From: Planctomycetota bacterium
Lineage (GTDB): Bacteria; Planctomycetota; B15-G4
DNA length: 64,000 nucleotides
Assembly: GCA_965248575.1 (NCBI GenBank)
Contig: CBDFJQ010000002.1
Location: 1,088,001-1,152,000, forward strand
Direction of reading: 5' to 3'
Made by a program: the position numbers and the translations under genes. Positions 9,772 through 16,851 of the stretch are shown in pieces. Positions within the stretch are counted from its first letter, which is position 1. Each line of letters begins with the position of its first letter. Below the pieces are notes generated by a model. The model was not told the DNA's origin and did no database searches. It saw only the letters and a program-made list of their open reading frames with translations.

Positions 9772-11577
9772 GTGCTCGACACGGTAGAAGCGGATTCGGC
9801 CCAGGTCCATGCTGCGCATGCGGAGCCATGGGTTCCCCACAGGTCTGCCCTGTGGCCTCTTTGCCTGCTCATCCTCTCGGCGCTGCTGCCCTTTGCCGCG
9901 ACGAGGGGCTACGGCCACGTCCACGATGACCATGAGCTGCGAGGCAGCCAGAGCCTGGCCACGGACCCACGGGCGGATCTCGACGACCTGTGGGGGGCCG
10001 ACTTCTTCGGCACCTACGAGCAACCACAGGGGCAGACGGGATTCTGGCGCCCGCTCGTCATCCTGAGCTTCCGGCTCGAGGCGGTCCTGGCCGGGGGCTC
10101 TTCTCAGGCATACCTGTGGCTGGGCCATGTGTTGACGATCCTGTGCCACCTCGCGGCGACCCTGGCCCTCTGGCGACTGCTGCTCGCGTTGGGTGTGCAT
10201 GGTTCGGTGGCCGTCCTCGCCGCAGCGCTCTTTGGCTTGGCGCCCGTCCACGTGGAGAACGTGACCTGGACCTCCGGCAGGGTGGACAGCCTGCCCACCG
10301 CCTTGGCCTGGGGGGCCACGGCCCTCTGGTTGCGAGCGGGGGGCAGGGGGCTGCCTGCCCTGGCTGCCCTGCTGCTCTTCAGCCTTGCGCCCCTGGGAAA
10401 AGAAACCGTCGTGTTGCTCATCGCCCTGGCCCCCTTGGCGGGCCGACTGATGGGGCTCAGTTGGGGGCGGAGCCTGGCGGTACCTTGCGCAGCGCTGGTG
10501 GCGACCGCAGTCATCCGGGGCCTGTCCTTCGGCTTCGCCCATGAGATTCCGGACGTGGCCTACACGGGGCCTGCCTCCGAACTCGCACGCTGGGCGACGT
10601 GGCTTTCCATCCAACCAGACCTCTTGCGCTTCATGTTCTGGCCCGGACCCGCAACGCCCCTACACCCCGTGTTGGCAGCAGAAGGTCTCCTGCAGCGCGA
10701 CGTCCTGACCGGTGCGCTGCTGCTCGGCTTGTTGTGTGTCCTGGGTGCCTGGTTCGTGCGCCGACGAGCGGCGGCCAGCAGCTATGTGCTGGGCGTGGCG
10801 CTCGGGACGCTGCTGATGCTGGCACCTTGGGTCCGCTTCCCCATGGGCTTCCCAGAAGTCGCGGGCCCACTCTATGAACGCTACCTGTACGTCGCCGTGG
10901 CGGCACCGGCGCTCCTGTTGGCTCAGCTCCTGGGCCGGCTCGTGGGGTCGTCCATCTGGCGCTTGAGCGCGACGATGCTCGCGCTGCTCGTCGCTCTGGC
11001 TCCCCTCACAGCCGACCGAGCGAGAGCTTGGGAGTCCGACGTGAGCTTCGCCCGCGCCGGGCTGGCCGTTGCTCCCGGTTCGGCCAACCTCTGGTCGCAT
11101 CTCGGCACCGCGCTCATGGAGCAGTACCGCGAGCGCCAGCAAACAGCGGGAAGGCAGCCGCAGGGATCGGAACGACAAGTGGCCGACCAGCAGCTCGCGT
11201 CTCTTGCGCAGGAAGCCGTGGTGTCCTTCGACCGGGCACTGACCCTCGACCCACAACTGACGCGCGCGGGGGTGAACCGATTCATCACCCTGGTTCTCAT
11301 GGGGCGGCAGGAGGAGGCCGCGGGGCAGGCCACCGCCCTGCTCTCGCGCTTCCCTGACGATCCGCTCGTGCTGCACAACCTGGGGGCCTGGCATGAAGCA
11401 GAAGGCCGGCTCTTGGAAGCCGCTGTGCTCTTCGAGCAGGAGCTGCTCACGGATGACCCGCACCCGTTGGCGGCACAACGTCTGGCGGCGCTGCAGGCGA
11501 TCCTCTTGCCTGACTCGCCTGACCAGGCTGCCTCGCCCGTCTTGCCCGCCTCGCCCGAAGCAGACGGCAAGAAGTGA
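9772..11577 (+). CDS. TMTC/DUF1736-like GT-C membrane glycosyltransferase with C-terminal TPRs
   Basis: DD motif after TM1 (HVHDDHEL), FWRPLVILSFRLE, PVHVENVTWTSGRVD, ERYLY, TPR-like helices; start uncertain. Confidence 0.72.
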   Translation: MLDTVEADSAQVHAAHAEPWVPHRSALWPLCLLILSALLPFAATRGYGHVHDDHELRGSQSLATDPRADLDDLWGADFFGTYEQPQGQTGFWRPLVILSFRLEAVLAGGSSQAYLWLGHVLTILCHLAATLALWRLLLALGVHGSVAVLAAALFGLAPVHVENVTWTSGRVDSLPTALAWGATALWLRAGGRGLPALAALLLFSLAPLGKETVVLLIALAPLAGRLMGLSWGRSLAVPCAALVATAVIRGLSFGFAHEIPDVAYTGPASELARWATWLSIQPDLLRFMFWPGPATPLHPVLAAEGLLQRDVLTGALLLGLLCVLGAWFVRRRAAASSYVLGVALGTLLMLAPWVRFPMGFPEVAGPLYERYLYVAVAAPALLLAQLLGRLVGSSIWRLSATMLALLVALAPLTADRARAWESDVSFARAGLAVAPGSANLWSHLGTALMEQYRERQQTAGRQPQGSERQVADQQLASLAQEAVVSFDRALTLDPQLTRAGVNRFITLVLMGRQEEAAGQATALLSRFPDDPLVLHNLGAWHEAEGRLLEAAVLFEQELLTDDPHPLAAQRLAALQAILLPDSPDQAASPVLPASPEADGKK

Positions 11578-11665
11578 TGGTGCCGAAGGGGGGACTCGAA
11601 CCCCCACTGGGTTAACCCCAACTAGACCCTGAATCTAGCGCGTCTACCAATTCCGCCACTTCGGC
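11578..11665 (-). tRNA. tRNA-Leu(CAG)
   Basis: GCCGAAGTGGCGGAATTGGTAGACGCGCTAGATTCAGGGTCTAG...GGTTCGAGTCCCCCCTTCGGCACCA; anticodon arm CTAGA-TT-CAG-GG-TCTAG, long variable arm, encoded CCA. Confidence 0.97.
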
Positions 11666-11683
11666 ACGAAGAGGGGACGGCGG

Positions 11684-11711
11684 ATTGTCCACGCGGCGGC
11701 TGAGCTTGCAA
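11684..11711 (-). promoter_or_regulatory. Putative sigma70 promoter of tRNA-Leu(CAG)
   Basis: Minus strand TTGCAA-N16-GACAAT, 18 nt upstream of the tRNA. Confidence 0.5.
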
Positions 11712-11746
11712 GCCTCGCTCTTGCCCAACTTGCACGGGACCGGAGA

Positions 11747-12226
11747 ATGGCCGCCATGGCCCGCAAAGCGAACTCCCAACGACGAAGCGTTTGCGTCAAC
11801 CGACGCGCTCGCCACAACTACGATGTGCTGCAAACCTTCGAGGCCGGTCTGATCCTGAAGGGGTCGGAGGTCAAGGCGCTGCGGGAGGGCAAGGGGAACC
11901 TCGTGGACGCCTACGTCTCGCTGCGGGGCGAGCGCCCCGTCCTGCACAACATGGAGATTTCGCCCTACAGCTGCGACAGCTCGGCCAGGGACGGGGACAC
12001 GAAGCGTAGCCGTGGGCTGTTGCTCAAGGCGGTCGAGATCCGGCGCCTGAAGCAGACCATGCGCGAAAAGGGACTGGCCCTGGTTCCGCTGGAAATCTAC
12101 TTCCAGGGCCCCTGGGCCAAGGCTGAGGTGGGGGTCTGCCGCGGCCGCCGACAGGCCGACAAGCGCGAGAAGCTCAAGAGCCGGGAAGCCCAGCGGGACG
12201 TCGATCGAGCGCTGCGCAAGCGCTAG
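11747..12226 (+). CDS. smpB: SsrA-binding protein SmpB
   Basis: NRRARHNY....FEAGLILKGSEVKALR, LVPLEIYF, DKREKLK; adjacent to tmRNA. Confidence 0.96.
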   Translation: MAAMARKANSQRRSVCVNRRARHNYDVLQTFEAGLILKGSEVKALREGKGNLVDAYVSLRGERPVLHNMEISPYSCDSSARDGDTKRSRGLLLKAVEIRRLKQTMREKGLALVPLEIYFQGPWAKAEVGVCRGRRQADKREKLKSREAQRDVDRALRKR

Positions 12227-12229
12227 CTT

Positions 12230-12238
12230 TGCTACCAT
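12230..12238 (+). promoter_or_regulatory. Putative extended -10 promoter of ssrA
   Basis: TGcTACCAT 18 nt upstream of the tmRNA 5' end. Confidence 0.45.
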
Positions 12239-12256
12239 CCCGACGCTGGACCGACG

Positions 12257-12616
12257 GGGGGCGACTCGGTTTCGACCAAGTGGCTTACTTCATCGGGTGG
12301 CGTGCCGAGGTGCCCAGGAGGCCTCGTAAAACCCCTGGGAAAACATAGCTGGCAACAACAGCTACCAACTGGCTGCCTAGAAATAGGCAACCCGTTCCCG
12401 GGGCGGGAGCCTGCCGCGTTTCGGGAACGTCACTTGCAGGCTGGCTGAGCGCCCTCCCGTCCGTGGGGTTCTCGGCGAGATTCAGCGGACTGGCCGCGTG
12501 GACGATCCCGTCGATCGGAGAGCCACAAGGCGACTTCAGAAGAAGGTCGACTACGCACGTAGATGCTCGGTGAAGGGCGCTTTGGGACGCGGGTTCGATT
12601 CCCGCCGCCTCCACCA
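12257..12616 (+). ncRNA. ssrA: tmRNA; tag peptide (A)GNNSYQLAA*
   Basis: 5' GGGGGCG pairs with 3' CGCCTCC-ACCA including the G3:U wobble; T-arm GCGGGTTCGATTCCCGC; tag reading frame 12351-12380 follows AAACATAGCT; directly downstream of smpB. Confidence 0.96.
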
Positions 12617-12758
12617 TCCAGCCAGAGACAGCCCGGCCGGGAGCCGACATGGCTCGTGGCCTATGCAAGCGGGTTCAGCCTTTGCTGGCTTGAAGGCTCG
12701 GTCATCCCCGCGATAATCCGTCGGTCTGCTGTTCGCCCAGCCCCCCTTCGTCTTCCAC

Positions 12759-13634
12759 ATGCCCCTCCGCACGCTCCGCCGCACCTGCTTCGCCGCTGGC
12801 GTGGCGTTGAGCCTCGGTCTCGTGGCCTGCGAGAGTCCTGCGGAACACCGGCGAGCGATCGAGATCATCGACGGGCGCTGGACCGCCGAGCTGCCGGAGG
12901 GCTCACTCGCCGAGATGACGGAGCACATCCGCAGTCTGGGCAAGCTGTCGCCGGGCCATCCCTCTGCTCTCAGCGCCCTGCCCCTGTTGACTCGCCAGGC
13001 GTACGAAAGCGAGTCGGCTTGGGTTCGCGCCGAGGCCCTGCGCGCCGCGTGGTCCCTGGCAAAGAACATCCCTGCCGAAGAACTCAAGGTGGATGACGTG
13101 CCGGCAGCCGAGTTCAATGAGTGGATGCGGCGCTTCGAGGAACTCGACGAAGACCCCTTGTTGAACCAGGGGCAGGAGATCCAGGAGCTGGCCCAACGCA
13201 TCGCCAGCTTCCGCTTCTCGACCCAGCAAATGAGCTACGCCATCGACCTCGCCGGCGTCACCACCGTGCGCGGCTTCGAACGGCAGGAGGGGCCGGTGCA
13301 GGCCGTCTTTGCCGAGCAGGCTCCCGCGGCCTGTCGCCATGCGCTGGCGCTCATCACCTTGCGCGCAGGTGACGACTCGAGCCCCTTTGTCAGGGAGGAG
13401 TCCCTGCGCGCCACGCGTCATCTCCCGCGACGGGTCGCCCTGACGCGCCTGGCTTCGAGCTTGAACAGCGAAACCGAGACCGCCGTCTTGCTTGCGCTTC
13501 TGGATAGCATGGAGGCCCTGGCACCCCAGCTGGGCCTCGAGCCGCTCCAGGAGCTGCTGGACTATGCGGTGCGCTCCAGCCACGCCGCCGTGCGGCGACG
13601 TGCGACGTCGCTTCTGGAGCAGATGAAGCCATGA
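12759..13634 (+). CDS. Lipoprotein with HEAT-like repeats
   Basis: Lipobox LVAC; HEAT-like segments ESAWVRAEAL, DSSPFVREESL, SHAAVRRRA. Confidence 0.65.
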   Translation: MPLRTLRRTCFAAGVALSLGLVACESPAEHRRAIEIIDGRWTAELPEGSLAEMTEHIRSLGKLSPGHPSALSALPLLTRQAYESESAWVRAEALRAAWSLAKNIPAEELKVDDVPAAEFNEWMRRFEELDEDPLLNQGQEIQELAQRIASFRFSTQQMSYAIDLAGVTTVRGFERQEGPVQAVFAEQAPAACRHALALITLRAGDDSSPFVREESLRATRHLPRRVALTRLASSLNSETETAVLLALLDSMEALAPQLGLEPLQELLDYAVRSSHAAVRRRATSLLEQMKP

Positions 13635-14185
13635 AGATCGTCTTTGTCGACAGACCGCTGGCCTACGACGGCCTCCAGCTCTGCACGGGCTTCATGGATA
13701 CGCACGCCCCCTGCGACGGAGACTCCCTGGTGGCCTTCATGGGCCTGGCCGACGTGCCATCCGAGCATATGGTGGATCTTGAGGACGCCGACGCGGGCCT
13801 CTCCATCTACAGCCCGCTCATGACCCACATGCTCATCGAGCACCGGGGGATGTCCTTGCGAGAGGGAGTGTTGGCCCAGCGCCTCCTGGTGCGTCATGCG
13901 GCCGAGTGGACGGCGGCCCGATCCGGGGCCACTATTGAGGTGCGCGGAGATGACCTCTACGTGCTCGAAGGCAAGCTTTCCGTGTCCATTGCCACCACAT
14001 CACCGCGAGGCGTCCTCATCCATTTCGGAGTCAATGTCGACACGGATGGGGCCCCCGTGAAGGCCCATGGCCTGCGTGATCTGCGGGTGGCTCCCGAGGA
14101 ATTCCTGCGCGGCGTCGCCCGGGCCTATGAGCGGGAGATGGACTCCATTTCCCACGCCGTAGGAAAGGTCAGGCCCGTCACGTGA
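13631..14185 (+). CDS. DUF366 family protein (biotin/lipoate-ligase-like fold)
   Basis: YDGLQL, HMVDLED, IYSPLMTHMLIEH, QRLLV, RGDDLYV..GKLSVSIAT, IHFGVNV, end motif KVRPV. Confidence 0.8.
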   Translation: MKIVFVDRPLAYDGLQLCTGFMDTHAPCDGDSLVAFMGLADVPSEHMVDLEDADAGLSIYSPLMTHMLIEHRGMSLREGVLAQRLLVRHAAEWTAARSGATIEVRGDDLYVLEGKLSVSIATTSPRGVLIHFGVNVDTDGAPVKAHGLRDLRVAPEEFLRGVARAYEREMDSISHAVGKVRPVT

Positions 14186-15276
14186 AGCGCTCCCATGTCT
14201 TCACGATTCTCAAGCTGCTGGTCGCCGTCAGCCTGATCGCCTTCGTGATCCACACGGCTGGCTGGGAAAACATCCAGGCCGCGCTCACCAACATCGACCG
14301 CTCGGGCTGGGCCAAGGGTCTGGTGCTCGTGCTCATCGCCAACTGCCTGGCCATGCTGCGCTGGCATGTGCTGATGCATTCGGTGGGGCTCAACACCACC
14401 GCAGGCACCGCCATGCGGCTCGGTTTCATCGGCGTCTTCTTCAACAACGTGGTGCCCGGCCTGACGGGGGGTGACCTGGTCAAGGCGATCTACGTCACCC
14501 GTGAGAATCCGAGCCAACGGGCCTCCGCCGTCATCTCCGTGGCGGTGGACCGCATCATCGGCATCGTCGCCTTGGCCCTGATTGCGGCCGTGGTCATTCC
14601 CTTCGATCTCGAGCTCTACGGAGAGGCGGCCATCGGCATCTACGGCTTCCTGGCTGCGGCGGGCCTGGGTGCCGTCTTCACCCTCTCGCGTCGGGCCAAG
14701 AAGCTGCTCAAGAGCCTGCTTGGGCGCGGTGGGGGCTCCCGGGGAAAGTTGGCCGGCGTCGTGCACAAGTTCGACGAAGCCGTCTCGATGTACCGGGACC
14801 GCCTGGGCACGGTGGCCTTGGCCCTGGCCATGTCCTTCGGCGTCCACCTGTTGATCATCTTCGCGCTGTTCCTGTTCGGAAACGCCATCGCCTCCGGTGG
14901 CCTGGAGGCGCTCGAGGCCCACCCCGAACAGTTCGTCGGGGGTAACGACCCGGCGGCCATCGCCGTGGAGCAGGCCAACCTCCACACCTTGGCGGACGTC
15001 AGCGCCAGCGCCTACTGCTCCATCATCCCCATCATCATGATCATCTCCGCCGTGCCGGTGGCCCCGGCCGGTTGGGGGGTTGGGGAAGCCATGTTCGCCT
15101 ACTTCTTCGAAGCCGTGTCCGTGGCCAATTCGCACGCCCTGGCGCTGTCGTTCACCTACCGCATCACGGTGCTGTTGGTGTCCTTCATTGGCGGAATCAT
15201 GCTCGTCCTGGACCGCAAGCGCGTGATGGAGGCCTCCTCCAATCCCGCCGCCTCGGAGACCAGCCCGAGCTCCTGA
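14182..15276 (+). CDS. Lysylphosphatidylglycerol-synthase TM / flippase-like (UPF0104) protein
   Basis: RWHVL, IGVFFNNVVPGLTGGDLVK, DRIIG, PVAPAGWGVGE. Confidence 0.85.
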   Translation: MKRSHVFTILKLLVAVSLIAFVIHTAGWENIQAALTNIDRSGWAKGLVLVLIANCLAMLRWHVLMHSVGLNTTAGTAMRLGFIGVFFNNVVPGLTGGDLVKAIYVTRENPSQRASAVISVAVDRIIGIVALALIAAVVIPFDLELYGEAAIGIYGFLAAAGLGAVFTLSRRAKKLLKSLLGRGGGSRGKLAGVVHKFDEAVSMYRDRLGTVALALAMSFGVHLLIIFALFLFGNAIASGGLEALEAHPEQFVGGNDPAAIAVEQANLHTLADVSASAYCSIIPIIMIISAVPVAPAGWGVGEAMFAYFFEAVSVANSHALALSFTYRITVLLVSFIGGIMLVLDRKRVMEASSNPAASETSPSS

Positions 15277-15326
15277 GCGGGCGCCGGTAACGGCGGGATC
15301 CCGACTGCGTCGGGAGGGCTCAGCGT

Positions 15327-15362
15327 GCCGAGGCAGGGAATTCCTGGGAATTCCCCTTCGGC
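15327..15362. repeat. Inverted repeat with tandem GGGAATTCC palindromes upstream of recA
   Basis: GCCGA-ggca-GGGAATTCC-t-GGGAATTCCC-ct-TCGGC. Confidence 0.55.
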
Positions 15363-15482
15363 CGGAATCAGCCCCATGTTAAGCAGGTGTTAGGTATGAC
15401 CCAAACGACACAACAGCCGCCCAAGGGCCTCGGCACGAGCCCCCTCGGACGCGCGAACAAAGCACCCAAGGAGATTCAGAGC

Positions 15483-16625
15483 ATGGCAGCCGCCAGCAAA
15501 ACGGCCAACCGCAACGCGAAGGCAAGCGGGTCCAAGTCGAAGACCCAGATGTCCTCGGCTACCGCAGCCCAGCAAACCGCAGGACGCGGCGCCGCGGCCG
15601 AAACCCAGGTGGACACGACCCTCGCCCAGATCGAGAAGCAGTTCGGCGAAGGCGCCATCATGCGCCTGGGCGATCACGTGCCGGAGCCCGTTGAAGGCAT
15701 CTCCACGGGCTCACTCTCCCTGGATGTGGCCTTGGGCGGCAACGGCCTGCCGAAGGGGCGCATCGTGGAGGTGTTCGGACCTGAGTCCTCCGGTAAGACC
15801 ACCCTCACGCTGCACCTCATCGCCAATGCCCAGAAGAAGGGCGGAACCTGCGCCTTCATCGATGCCGAGCACGCTCTGGACCCGGAATACGCCAGGAAGC
15901 TCGGCGTGGACGTGGAGAATCTGATCGTCTCCCAGCCGGACAGCGGCGAGCAGGCGCTCGAGATCTGCGAGATGCTGGTGCGCAGCAACGCCTTCGCCTG
16001 CGTGGTGATCGACTCCGTGGCCGCCCTGGTCCCGCGCGCCGAGCTCGAGGGCGAGATGGGTGACACCCATGTGGGCCTTCAGGCTCGCCTCATGTCCCAG
16101 GCCATGCGAAAGCTGACAGGCGCCATCTCCCGCGGTGGCAGTTGCGTCATCTTCATCAACCAGATCCGCGAGAAGATCGGGGTCTTCTTCGGCAGCCCTG
16201 AGACCACCACGGGTGGCCGGGCCCTGAAGTTCTACTCCTCCGTGCGCTTGGATATCCGCCGCATCGGCTCCCTCAAGCTGGGGGATGCGGTCATCGGCAA
16301 CCGGGCACGGGTCACGGTGGTCAAGAACAAGATGGCACCGCCTTTCCGCAAGGCAGAGTTCGACATCGTGTTCAACAAGGGCATCTCCTACGAGGGCGAC
16401 GTGCTGGACATCGCCGTGGAACACAACATCGTCAAGAAGTCGGGCTCCTGGCTGTCGTACGGCGCCACGCGCATTGGCCAGGGCCGGGAAAAAGCCCGCG
16501 ATTTCCTGCTCCAAAACGTGGATATTCTTCAGGAGATCGAGGGCAAGGTGCGCGATGTCTTGATGCCCAAGGTCGAAAGCACGCCAGCTCCGGCCCCAGA
16601 ACAATCTGCTGAGGCAGAAGGTTGA
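15483..16625 (+). CDS. recA: Recombinase RecA (with an N-terminal low-complexity extension)
   Basis: [69 protein letters not shown] before ATG 15483. Confidence 0.98.
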   Translation: MAAASKTANRNAKASGSKSKTQMSSATAAQQTAGRGAAAETQVDTTLAQIEKQFGEGAIMRLGDHVPEPVEGISTGSLSLDVALGGNGLPKGRIVEVFGPESSGKTTLTLHLIANAQKKGGTCAFIDAEHALDPEYARKLGVDVENLIVSQPDSGEQALEICEMLVRSNAFACVVIDSVAALVPRAELEGEMGDTHVGLQARLMSQAMRKLTGAISRGGSCVIFINQIREKIGVFFGSPETTTGGRALKFYSSVRLDIRRIGSLKLGDAVIGNRARVTVVKNKMAPPFRKAEFDIVFNKGISYEGDVLDIAVEHNIVKKSGSWLSYGATRIGQGREKARDFLLQNVDILQEIEGKVRDVLMPKVESTPAPAPEQSAEAEG

Positions 16626-16736
16626 TGGACCCGTTGATGGCACCGAAGTTGGCCCCGAACTGCCGTATCCATCACTGACAAGATGTCCGTGCGTCTGACG
16701 CACGCCCTGCTGGTTGATGGCACGAGTTGCCCCACG

Positions 16737-16774
16737 CGCACGCCGCCGAGGTTTGGATTCCTCGGCGGCGTGCG
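16737..16774. repeat. Perfect 15-bp GC-rich hairpin between recA and alaS
   Basis: CGCACGCCGCCGAGG-TTTGGATT-CCTCGGCGGCGTGCG; no U-tract. Confidence 0.8.
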
Positions 16775-16851
16775 TCGGCACTTGGGCCAATCGTTCAGCC
16801 AGGGTGTGCGGGCGTCCAGGCCGCGGCACCGACCACACACTGGCTAGACCC

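Noticed and set aside
12597..12760. Integrative element at the tmRNA or tRNA 3' ends
   Set aside because: No integrase and no duplicated 3'-end (att) sequence seen in the window.
16633..16646. TGGCACC resembling a T-box antiterminator bulge upstream of alaS
   Set aside because: It lies about 12 nt after the recA stop, leaving no room for Stem I or a specifier loop, and has no terminator U-tract.
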